Origin: Octopus sinensis
Taxonomy: Eukaryota
Reading direction: 5' to 3'
DNA: 64,000 nt
NCBI RefSeq assembly: GCF_006345805.1
Contig: NC_043003.1
Location: forward strand, 7,812,001 to 7,876,000
Shown: piece after piece, positions 51,853-64,000 of the stretch
Layout: each line of letters begins with the position of its first letter
Numbering within the stretch: position 1 is the first letter of the stretch
The notes under the pieces: generated by a model
Databases searched by the model: none
Told to the model about the DNA's origin: nothing
What the model saw: the letters and a program-made list of their open reading frames with translations, nothing else
Made by a program: the position numbers and the translations under genes

Positions 51853-52250
51853 CTAGCAATATAGCCCAGCGTTGCTCGGGTTTGTTTTCTTTACGACCCT
51901 TTAGAATTGGAACTTTTGAAAAGTAAAAATGTTGCATTATGTAGCCTGTTATTCTCTTTAAGTGAACATTTTTCTGGTTGAAATACACCGAAAAATGGCG
52001 ACACAGCAGTCAAAAAATCGTAAAATATAGGGATTTTCATAGAAAAAAAACACCTTTTTTATGTAAATACTTTTTTGTGTTAACATGGTCCTGATTTGAA
52101 TTTTTTCTTCTAAGGAATGAAGAGCAAGCCTTGTTCTATCATACTCTCAATTTTGGTCAACTTGCGCCGCAGGGTCTCGGAGGAGATAGTGTTAGTTAAA
52201 GGCTACCAAAACCCTCCAAACACAGACAACTTCAGCTTTATATATATAGA
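51853..52250 (-). mobile_element. Non-autonomous Helitron, copy 2
   Basis: A|TCTATATATATAAAG...caacgctgggctatattgCTAG|T on the minus strand; colinear with 45575-45961. Confidence 0.8.
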
Positions 52251-52336
52251 TATTCTCATTCTAAAAATCATCTCTGGCTAATCGTTGTGAGGACGTTGGT
52301 GTTGCCTTGGAGGAGGTTTGCGCTCTTTGAGTGCTC

Positions 52337-52373
<37 letters not shown>

Positions 52374-52486
52374 GATTATGATTATTATTATTATTATTGT
52401 TGTTGTTGTTGTTGTTGTTGTTGCTGCTGCTGCTGCTGCTGTTGTTGTTGTTGTTATTACTACTATTTTTATATATTATATTTTCT

Positions 52487-52605
<119 letters not shown>

Positions 52606-53295
52606 TATCAGACGAGGATTAACGATAGCAAATTGGATTTTAGCGCAAAAACAAATAAATACTCGCAACAGAAATTGTAGTAAAAGATAGAAATTACATC
52701 AAAGAAGAAGAAGAAAAAAATTACACTGCATTTGGTGTGCTTTGTTGGTCAAAGAAAAAGTGAGACAGCAGTAGCAAACATGGCTGCCTGCAGATTATAA
52801 CTTACATTAATTAAAAACCAGTGAACAAACAATATAGAAGTAATAACGTGTTGTTGTTGTTGTGTTGTTTTTCTGTTTTTCTTCCTTTGAACTCAAAGAA
52901 GAAACATCTAACAACTATAGAAATGAAAACGGCAGCAACTGAAATAACAAAAACTAAAAACAAACAACGCAAAACATCGTTTCTTTGAATTTTACAATTA
53001 ACAAGAAAAACATGTGATCGTAGGTTATTATCCTACATTATAGGCCCCGGTTGGAGCTGCGTGGTAAAGAAACTCGTTTTGCAGCCGCGGGGTTTCGGGT
53101 GTCCGATCCTACTGTGAGGTGCCTTGGGCAAAGTGTCCTCTGCAGTAGTCCCGGAGCCGACCAGTGAATACCTTGAGAGTGAATGTGGTTGATCGAATTT
53201 GGCCTAACACACACACATACACGCACACACTCATGCACACACATACACATACAAGCACGCATGCACAAACTCATGCACAAACACATATATATATA

Positions 53296-53557
53296 CAGGC
53301 ATAGGACCGGTTTCCCGGTTTCCTTGGCGTATAGATTCCCCACCTGGACGGGACGCCGGTCCGTCGCAGGTGAGCTGCAAGATGCAGGAGGAAAGAGTGA
53401 GAGAAAGTTGTGGCGAAAGAGACATTACCTTCTGCCGGAGCCGCGTGGAGCTTGGGTGTTTTCACTCATAAACACAGACATCGTCCGGTCTGAGATTCGA
53501 ACCCGCGATCCCTCGACCGCGAGTCCGCTGCTCTAAACACTAAGCTATGTACCTGCA
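53296..53557 (-). mobile_element. SINE with family R head/body and the 12715-type tail
   Basis: Head and first body segment as in 20982; tail cccgtccaggtgggg...gaaaccgggaaaccggtcctatg. Confidence 0.75.
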
Positions 53558-53574
53558 CACTCATACAAATATAG

Positions 53575-53772
<198 letters not shown>

Positions 53773-54078
53773 TATTCATATTATTCAAAATATTCAACGT
53801 AAACACGAAGTTTCTACCTTTATAAACAAGGGGTTACAACACCTTTACTTGTGAGATTTTTGCTGCCCTGGTATCTATTTATTAATTTTTCTGTGTTAAT
53901 TGTTAACAAGGTAAAAGTACACTCATCTATTTATAACATATATATATATACATATATATGTAGGTCCCGGGTTGAGTCGGGGTTTACCACAGTAAATAAG
54001 GTACTCAATACATTGCCGAGTAATTAATTTATTTTATCTAGAAAATATAATATATATATATATAATATATATATATAG

Positions 54079-54127
<49 letters not shown>

Positions 54128-54260
54128 CACTAGAGGTTGTGTTAACCCAAGAAGAAGGGATCGTTCATCCAAAAAGAAATGCTGATGCCATACCGAGTAC
54201 GTTTGGGGGATTAATTCCCTTAAAATAATAGGGGCATATATAAAAACATAGATTATATTC

Positions 54261-54661
54261 ATATAAAAGAGGAAAAAGAAAATGGAGATGGGAAGTTATT
54301 AATTGCTTATTATTAACAGCAAATTAATCATCATCCCTAATAGCATTTTCGGTTAATGGTCAGTAAATATGAGCATAATGTCTTCAGAAGCAAAATAAAT
54401 ATACACTTGAATGTTCATGTGTTTATGGATTCACTATAAAAAACTGAACTGTATCATTCAGTGTGCTATAATGGAATCCATAAAACAATATAAAAAAAAT
54501 CTTAAGGTTTATTTTTCTCCCTCTGAAGAAATTATGCTCAGGTTATGTAAATTAATATTTACTTAATATTTACTGAGTATTAATTGAAACACCTGTAAGG
54601 GATGATTTAATTTGCGGTTAATAATAAAACAATTAACTTCCCAATCTCCATTTGTTGTTTC

Positions 54662-54670
<9 letters not shown>
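54261..54670. mobile_element. ~410-bp fold-back MITE-like element (also ~55946-56360 and ~57635-58045)
   Basis: Imperfect terminal inverted repeats (agaggaaa..aaatggagatgggaagtt / aacttcccaatctccattt..tttcctct) plus nested inner inverted arms; TA context at both ends. Confidence 0.8.
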
Positions 54671-54738
<68 letters not shown>

Positions 54739-54850
54739 CAATTAAGATTCAAGTCAATTCTAATGAATTTACTTGAATGCGGTACTTAACTTAGATGCAC
54801 CAGAAAACTGTATGGTGTTAACCATACAGTAATGTGGGGTGATTATAAAC

Positions 54851-55058
54851 GAGAAAGAGGCAACAAGAATGGATTAGTTTTTAGTACAATTGTTTCATAC
54901 AAGACAGGCTTTATTAAAAGTTGCAAATATTGCAGCAGATAAAAGTGTCCCGTACTCATCAGCTAATATCTGCTGCAATATTTGCAACTTTTAATAAAGC
55001 CTGTCTTTGTATGAAACAATTGACTAAAAACTAATCCATTCTTGTTGCTTCTTTCTCG
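54851..55058. repeat. ~90-bp-arm inverted repeat with ~26-bp spacer (also ~56545-56750)
   Basis: gagaaagaggcaacaagaatggattag...gcagcagata / tatctgctgc...ctaatccattcttgttgcttctttctc. Confidence 0.92.
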
Positions 55059-55091
55059 TATATATATAATATATATATACATATATATATA

Positions 55092-55131
<40 letters not shown>

Positions 55132-55574
55132 TATATCTATGCATATATATATATAAATACATATATATATGTGTGTGTGTGTATGTGTATATATATATAT
55201 ACATATATATATGTATGTGTGTATGTATATATATATTATATATATGTGTGGGTGTGGTGTGTCTGTATATATATATATATTTATTCATACATATATATCT
55301 GTGTGAGTGTATGTGTGTGTGTGTTTGTGTGTGGTGTGTGTGTGTGTATGGTGTGTGTGTGAAAGTAAAAATACTTGTTTACACCTGCGTTAACTCCATT
55401 TTTTATTCATATTATTCAAAATATTCAACGTAAACACGAAGTTCTACCTTTATAAACAGGAGTTACAACACCTTTACTTGTGAGATTTTTGCTGCCCTGG
55501 TAACTATTTATTTATTTTTCCTCGTGTTAATTGTTAACAAGGTAAAAGTACACTCATCTATTTATTTAATATAT

Positions 55575-55605
<31 letters not shown>

Positions 55606-55727
55606 TATATATATAATATATATATATTATATATATATTATATGTAGGTCCCGGGTTGAGTCGGGGTTAACCACAGTAAATAAGGTACTCAATACATTGC
55701 AGAGTAAATTAATTTATTTTATTCTAT

Positions 55728-55799
<72 letters not shown>

Positions 55800-56349
55800 T
55801 ATATATATATATATATTCCACTAGAGGTTGTGTTAACCTCAAGAAGGGATCGTTTCATCCAAAAAGAAATGCTGATGCCATACCGAGTACGTTTGGGGGA
55901 TTAATTCCCTTAAAATAATAGGGGCATATATAAAAACATAGATTATATTCATATAAAAGAGGAAAAAGAAAATGGAGATTGGAAAGTTATTAATTGCTTA
56001 TTATTAACAGCAAATTAATCATCATCCCTAATAGCATTTTCGGTTAATGGTCAGTAAATATGAGCATAATGTCTTCAGAAGCAAAATAAATATACACTTG
56101 AATGTTTCATGTGTTTATGGATTCACTATAACAAACTGAACTGTATCATTCAGTGTGCTATAATGAATCCATAAACACATATAAAAAAAATCTAAGGGTT
56201 TATTTTTCTCCCTCTGAAGAAATTATGCTCAGGTTATGTAAATTTAATATTTACTTAATATTTACTGAGTATTAATTGAAACACCTGTAAGGGATGATGA
56301 TTAATTGCGGTTAATAATAAAACAATTAACTTCCCAATCTCCATTTGTT

Positions 56350-56407
<58 letters not shown>

Positions 56408-56784
56408 ATATAATATATATATATAAAAGCAATTAAGATTCAAGTCAATTCTAATGAATTTACTTGAATGCGGTACTTAACTTAGATGCACCAGAAAACT
56501 GTTGGTGTTAACCATACAGTATGTGGGGTGGGTGATATAAAACGAGAAAGAGGCAACAAGAATGGATTAGTTTTTAGTACAATTGTTTCATACAAAGACA
56601 GGCTTATTAAAAGTTGCAAATATTGCAGCAGATAAAAGTGTCCCGTACTCATCAGCTAATATCTGCTGCAATATTTGCAACTTTTAATAAAGCCTGTCTT
56701 TGTATGAAACAATTGACTAAAAACTAATCCATTCTTGTTGCTTCTTTCTCGTATATATATAATATATATATACATATATATATA

Positions 56785-56824
<40 letters not shown>

Positions 56825-57267
56825 TATATCTATGCATATATATATATAAATACATATATATATGTGTGTGTGTGTATGTGTATATATATATATACATATA
56901 TATATGTATGTGTGTATGTATATATATATTATATATATGTGTGGGTGTGGTGTGTCTGTATATATATATATATTTATTCATACATATATATCTGTGTGAG
57001 TGTATGTGTGTGTGTGTTTGTGTGTGGTGTGTGTGTGTGTATGGTGTGTGTGTGAAAGTAAAAATACTTGTTTACACCTGCGTTAACTCCATTTTTTATT
57101 CATATTATTCAAAATATTCAACGTAAACACGAAGTTCTACCTTTATAAACAGGAGTTACAACACCTTTACTTGTGAGATTTTTGCTGCCCTGGTAACTAT
57201 TTATTTATTTTTCCTCGTGTTAATTGTTAACAAGGTAAAAGTACACTCATCTATTTATTTAATATAT

Positions 57268-57298
<31 letters not shown>

Positions 57299-57434
57299 TA
57301 TATATATAATATATATATATTATATATATATTATATGTAGGTCCCGGGTTGAGTCGGGGTTAACCACAGTAAATAAGGTACTCAATACATTGCAGAGTAA
57401 ATTAATTTATTTTATTCTATAAAATATATATATA

Positions 57435-57483
<49 letters not shown>

Positions 57484-58069
57484 TATATATATATATATAT
57501 ATTCCACTAGAGGTTGTGTTAACCTCAAGAAGGGATCGTTTCATCCAAAAAGAAATGCTGATGCATACCGAGTACGTTTGGGGGATTAATTCCCTTAAAA
57601 TAATAGGGGCATATATAAAAACATAGATTATATTCATATAAAAGAGGAAAAAGAAAATGGAGATTGGAAAGTTATTAATTGCTTATTATTAACAGCAAAT
57701 TAATCATCTCCCTGACCAGCATTTTCGTTAATGGTCAGTAAAATATGAGCATAATGTCTTCAGAAGCAAAATAAATATACACTTGAATGTTTCATGTGTT
57801 TATGGATTCACTATAGCAAACTGAACTGCATCATTCAGTGTGCTATATGAAATCCATAAACACAGATATAAAAAAAAATCTAAGGGTTTATTTTTCTCCC
57901 TCTGAAGAAATTATGCTCAGGTTATGTAATTTAATATTTACTTAATATTTACTGAGTATTAATTGAAACACCTGTAAGGGATGATGATTGATTTGCTGTT
58001 AATAATAAAACAATTAACTTCCCAATCTCCATTTGTTTCTCTTATATTATATATATATGTGTGTGTGTG

Positions 58070-58118
<49 letters not shown>

Positions 58119-58214
58119 CATTATAATATGCATACATATATATGTGTGTGGTGTGTATGTGTATATATATATATATACATATATTATGTATGTGTGTATG
58201 TATGTATATTTATT

Positions 58215-58245
<31 letters not shown>

Positions 58246-58247
58246 TG

Positions 58248-58295
<48 letters not shown>

Positions 58296-58347
58296 TTATT
58301 CATACATATGTATCTGTGTGAGTGTTATGTGTTTGTGTGTGTGTGTG

Positions 58348-58389
<42 letters not shown>

Positions 58390-60097
58390 TGTGTGTGTTG
58401 TGTGTGGTGTGTGTGTGTGTAAATACACAAGCAGAAACGAGAAGGGTGAATTACAGTAGCAGCAAAAATCGAAGGGCAGAAGATCTGACGATGAAAATGA
58501 TATCCGATGCATCTTTGTCTGGTTCAGTGGTGCCACAGATTGCCTGGACAGTTTATGAAAGTTAACTACAAGATTTTGAAAAGTTGGTAGAAGAGAAGTC
58601 TTTATAAGAATGCGGGGAAAAAACAAACGATTCAAGACTCATCAATTATTTAAACAGAGCGGAATAAATAACAGTTTATAGCAAATATTAAATTAGTAAA
58701 ACCAATATTCTAGGACATGTGCAACCTTTTCACAAACCGAATGAAAATCTTGTGAATGTTAGTCGAAGCTCAAATAATCCTAGATGTAATATACACTCAC
58801 ATGCGCGCGCATGCGTAAGTGTTTGTGTGATGTATGTGCATGCGTACATGCGTGCAAGCATGCGTGCGTGTGTATGTATGTCATTATTCAGTTTGTTCCA
58901 AGATTTCTTGTCAAGAAAGAACCGCTTTCTAACCTAGATCCAAGGCTCCTTCATTGGAATTTCAACATCAACAACAGAGTATTTTTGTTTGTTATGTATG
59001 TATGTATGTATGTATGTATGTATGTATGTATGTATGTATGTATGAATGTATGTATGTATGTATGAATGTATGTATGTATGTATGTGTGTGTGTGTGTATG
59101 TAATGTATGTATGTATGTATGTATGTATGTATGTATGTATGTATGTATGTATGTGTGTGTGTGTATGTATGTATGTATGTATGTATGTATGTATGTATGT
59201 ATGTACAAGTTTCCGTAACAATCTCATTGTACACGGGCCTGGCACCGAAGCTTTTGAAGTGTAAATCTCGAGTTCTATGCCTAAAAGTGTGTGTTTGTGT
59301 TTGCTTGTTTGTAGAAATGGCATCTGTAACATTAGCAACGAAAGAAAGTTGTTTCGGAATTATAGAGTGACATAGCATATGCTGCGAAGATTATTTCGAT
59401 AAATAATTATTTAAGCATTAGATAGTCAATAACTTTACGTCGACTGCGGATTATTCTCGTTTTCTGAATGACGCCAGTCTATCTTCCACCGGAAATATTC
59501 CTAAAAATATCTACAGCCTTAATACAAATGGCTAGATTAACTAAACTACACAGAATTAAGTGTATTTCCTGAAAATTCACCGACACTTGCAAATGAAGTT
59601 AAAATAGTGGAGTACTTTATTCAGCAGATAACTGTGTCTGTTTTGTAGCAGAAACATTTAGTTTGGTTGAGATAACAACGTTTATATGTTACTGATAGTT
59701 TGGGTATAGTGAAGTAGCGAGCTGGCAGAATCGTTAGCACGTCGGTCAAAATGCTTAGCGGCATTTCATCTGACTTTACGTTTTGAGTTCAAATTTCGCT
59801 GAGGCAAACTTTGCTTTTCATCCAGACGGAAATCGATAAAATAAGTACCATTTGAGAGCTAGAGTCGATGTAATCGACTTGGCACCGACTCTAAATTCCA
59901 GGCCTTGTGCTTATAGTTGAAAGGACTAATTTGCGTATATTAAAGGCTAGCTGGTAGAAGAATTGTTTCCATGCCGGACAAAATATTTGGTGGTATTTCT
60001 TTCGTCTTTACGTTCTGAGTTCAAATTCAACCACGGTGAACTTTGACTTTCATTTCCTTCGGTGTTGATTAAATAAGAACCAGTTGAGCGCGTATTT

Positions 60098-60690
60098 GGT
60101 GAGCTGGTTGAAACGATAGCACGCCGGGCGAAATGCTTAGCGGTATTTCGTCTGCCGCTACGTTCTGAGTTCAAATTCCGCCGAGGTCGACTTTGCCTTT
60201 CATCCTTTCGGGGTCGATTAACTAAGTACTAGTTACGCACTGGGGTCGATGTAATCGACTTAATACCTATGTATGTCCTTGTTTGTCCCCTCTGTGTTTA
60301 GCCCCTTGTGGGTAGTAAAGAAATAGAAATAGGTATTTCGTCTCTGCCGCTACGTTCTGAGTTCAAATTCCGCCAAGGTCGATTTTGCCTTTCAACCTTT
60401 CGAGGTCGATAAATTAAGTACCAGTTACGCAGTGTGGTCGATATAATCAACTTAATCCGTTTGTCTGTCCTTGTTTATCCCCTCTATGTTTAGCCCCTTG
60501 TGGGCAATAAAGAAATAGGAATCGTTACCATGTCGGACTAAATGCTCAGCGGCATTTCGTCCGTCTTTACGTTCTGAATTCACATTCTGCCGATGTAGAC
60601 TTTGCCTTTCAATCTCGACGTCGGTAAAATATGTACTAGTTAAATATACGATCAATGTAACTGACGCGCCCTTTCTCTTCAAAAGTGCTT
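60098..60690 (+). mobile_element. SINE family M multimer within a cluster of older copies (59714-60090)
   Basis: Junctions aaagaaatagaaata|ggtatttcg (~60332) and aataaagaaata|ggaatcgtta (~60518). Confidence 0.85.
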
Positions 60691-63536
60691 GCTTTGTCAT
60701 GTTTGTATGTCTACCACGTGGGTCTACATTTATTCTATTCAAGTGTAGAGATCTTTTATACGGTCGAAATTTGGATTTAATTCAAAAGTATTCACTTATG
60801 AAACTGTTTAATGATTTGTTGGTAAGCGTGTTTCGAATACGAATACAGGAAACAATTAAATGCTAAACATTAAGTGCTAATCAATCAATAATACTAAACG
60901 ATTAAGTGTCAAACATAAAACGGGTGATGCAAACAATCTTTAATTTTCGAACACGGAATAACAATATTCGTTATGAAAATTTCCAGTTGAAGATTGTGTG
61001 TACGTGCGTGCATGTATGTATGTGTATATGTATGTATGTATGTATGTATGTAAGTATGTGTGTATGTATGAATGAATGTATGTATGTATGTATGTGTGTA
61101 TGTATGCATGTATGTATGTATGTATGTACGCATGTATGTATGTATGTACGTATGTATGTATGTATTACGTATGTACGTATGTATATATGTATGTATGTAT
61201 GTATTACGTATGTATGTATGTATGCGCGTATGTATGTATGTATGTATGTATGTATGTATTTATGTATGTATTTATGTATGTATGTATGTTTGTGTGTGTT
61301 TGTGTGAGTGCGCATGCGTGAGGGCGTGCTTGCGTGCGTGCGTACGTGTGTGTGTGTGTGTGTTTGTATGTGTTTGTGTATGTTTGTGTGTTTGTGTGTG
61401 CGTGCGTACGTGCGTGTGCGTGTGTGTTCCGTTCTACTTTTAATTACTTGAAGTTTTCCCGTAGGGAAGGAGCTGGTTTCTAGCAAAAACACAAAGCTCC
61501 GTTGTCCTTGGAATATGGATAACAAAAGACAAATTCTCATGTTGAGCGTGAGAGAAGTTTCGCATACTATTCTGAAATATTCTTCTTAAATATTGCACGA
61601 TAGCTGACTGGTTTCTATTTCAGAAAAAAAAAAGAAAAATCCTTTTCCAGATTGTCCCCGAGGCATACTACAACAAAACCTTTTAAGACAATTATTATTA
61701 GTATATATGTGTAATCATTGTCTGGTTTCGTATGTTCTCTATGAGTTTTATTTAAGCTCTTTTTGAAGGAGTTCAAGCCGTTCGCTAATAAAATGAAAGA
61801 AAACATTTTTTGGAGTTAGCAGTTCCCGGGGCTTGTTAATATGTGGCTGTATTAGTACGTACCAGCACCTAAGTGTATGCATTCGCATGTATGCTATGTA
61901 TAAACATGGCTCTGTAGTACTGACGTGTTTGTACGTTCTCTGTGTGCACGTGTGCACGTTATTAGTTTTTAACATATCTACATCTCTGTCTTTGTGGATG
62001 CACATGACCACGTGTGTGCATATTTTCATTTATGTATATATATATATATAAAAAAATTATTTTCGAATTCTTTTCTTTTATGAGGTTTTCACGCTAACTA
62101 CCCGATAATTTCTTGTTAAGATCCCTTATTAAGAGGTTATCCTTAATTGTTAAACTTATTCCGAAATACTTTTCATTACCCGACATGCAGTTCGTAAAAA
62201 GCCCGCCATTTACCGGATATATGATTTATAAACATTCCATGTGCTTGGCCGGAGTGGGCAGTTGTCTGTTCGTCTTCGCTACGTAAGGTTGGTAGTTTAT
62301 TTATGATGTGTTCAGAATCAGTTCTGCTGAGGATCATAAGACGTAAGTTGAATGTGAAATCACGGTGATACAGAACTAAATTCATTTTTTAAATGTCTTG
62401 CTTTGAAAAACTGCATTTAGGTATGATTAGTATAATTTTGGTAGTAATGACTTTGTCCCTCTTAGTGTGAGGCATTTATGTGTAATAATGCCCTCTATAC
62501 AATATAGATATATATATATATATATATATATACAATATACACGACGGACTTCGACACAGTTTCCATCTATTACTTTCACTGACAAGGTATTGGTTAACCC
62601 ATGGTTATAGTAGAAGTCACTTGTCCAAGGTGCTGCATAGTGGAACTGAACCTGAAACCACATAGTTGTAAAGCGAAGTTCATAACGACGCAGCCATACC
62701 TGGACTTAGATTTTAGCAATTTATATTAATTCTAAAGGGATTTCAGATTACGTTGCCGTATGCCAAAAATGAAGACGCAATAGGCACTGACAGAATGTCG
62801 GTCGGATGTTTTTCCTCCAATCGAATCATTTTTCCCAAAACATTCAAATGCGATCAGAGGATCAGAGGACAATAAACTTCACGGAACTTATGCGAAACGG
62901 ATAACAAAATACCTATAAAGGTGAATATTTTAGGTTATAAAATATTCACAGAAATAGCTGTTAACAAGGCCACGTTAAAAATTTCCGGAAAAACATTAGA
63001 GAAAGTCATTATAGAAATAATCAGAATAATCACAGTAATAGTAGGAACTGCAATGAAAACAGGAAACACGGTTATTAGTTATTATTTCCTTTCTCAAAAT
63101 CGCAGGTCCGCACAGAATGCGTTTAATATTTCAAACCTGATGGAAAAAAAAATATGCAAAGTTATACATTTCAATATCAACGGCAACAAAGGCGCTTTTA
63201 TGGACTATAAGATTTTATCGCCACATTAGGCATCTGCATTGCAACATTTCATGGAAAATGTTAGCTGCCTCCATATAAAACGCCCCATATTCCAATTTAT
63301 ACTCAGATCAGGTTAGAAGAAACCAATTAAAATGATGCTAGTTGCATAACACATAAAACCTAGCTTCCAGTACAGATACACAAGTGTCATTCGCATATTA
63401 ATGAGATATGATGCTACATTAGCAGCGCAGGCTTTCCAAATAATAACCTACATAACAAAGTGCATTAATTAATAAAAGCACATACACAAGTATATACGCA
63501 TATGAGTGTGTGTTTCTGTAGACACACGCACATATA

Positions 63537-64000
63537 CAGGGTGTGCCAAAAAGATGTATTCACTCTTTGACTTCCCAGTACTCATGCATTTTGTGTTCAG
63601 GTAGATGTTTATTGATATACATACAATCCTAAAAAGTTAAATTAAATTCAGGAAAATAAATTGTTGTAGAAACGATTATTTATTGTCATTTAGAATTATT
63701 TAATGTTCTCTCTCGTTCCTGCGTGTTCGCAAATGTTCAAACTGCCTTCCTTCATTTTCCAAACAAAGCTGATAACGTCCAACAATGGATTCGACAACAT
63801 TGCCAGACATTTCATTTAGAATTGCAAGGCATCGTATTCGAATTTCATTTTTCAAACCATCAATTGTCACCGGTTTTGCAGCGTAAACCTTATCTTTGAG
63901 ATGTCCCCAGGAAATTCAACGCCACCTCTCCTCCCAATCCATTTGTTTGGATTTGTTGCATCGAGATAAGCCCGTACATCCGATGGTAGTGAGGAGGAGC
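63537..64000 (-). mobile_element. Tc1/mariner-superfamily transposon 3' end (runs off the window)
   Basis: TA|CAGGGTGTGCCAAAAAG terminus; minus strand APPHYHR / DVRAYLDATNPNKWIGRRGGVEF / WGHLKDKVY...LCLENEGRQFEHL*. Confidence 0.85.

Noticed and set aside
62925-63045. Possible minus-strand terminal exon (ttgcag|..PTITVIILIISIMTFSNVFPEIFNVALLTAISVNIL*)
   Set aside because: Hydrophobic but short, AT-rich, with no recognisable homology or partner exons; needs RNA-seq.

Overview
AT-rich, microsatellite-saturated eukaryotic DNA with no recognisable host protein-coding exon. The SINE types suggest a cephalopod (Octopus-like) genome, which is an inference. Content: (1) an apparently full-length L1/Tx1-clade LINE on the minus strand (~420-6770) between two (GATA)n tracts; (2) a 5'-truncated CR1-clade LINE; (3) at least eight R4/Dong-clade (RT + CCHC + restriction-like endonuclease) copies, all with (TAA)n on their sense strand; (4) one near-canonical tRNA-His(GTG); (5) dozens of tRNA-derived SINEs of at least four families; (6) two short Helitrons, a mariner 3' end and a Gypsy integrase scrap; (7) a ~1.7-kb tandem triplication packed with fold-back palindromes. 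The most interesting signal is a retroelement network readable within the window. One SINE family ends in the same ~33 nt as the Tx1 LINE and repeatedly joins at ...AAAGAAATA|GGTATT, a motif inside its own head (which would build the tandem arrays seen) and also present in an unrelated element. A second SINE family shares the CR1 3' tail. A tRNA-headed element carries a degenerate Penelope-type minimal hammerhead. Most long ORFs in the supplied track are microsatellite artefacts. All alignments were done by eye.
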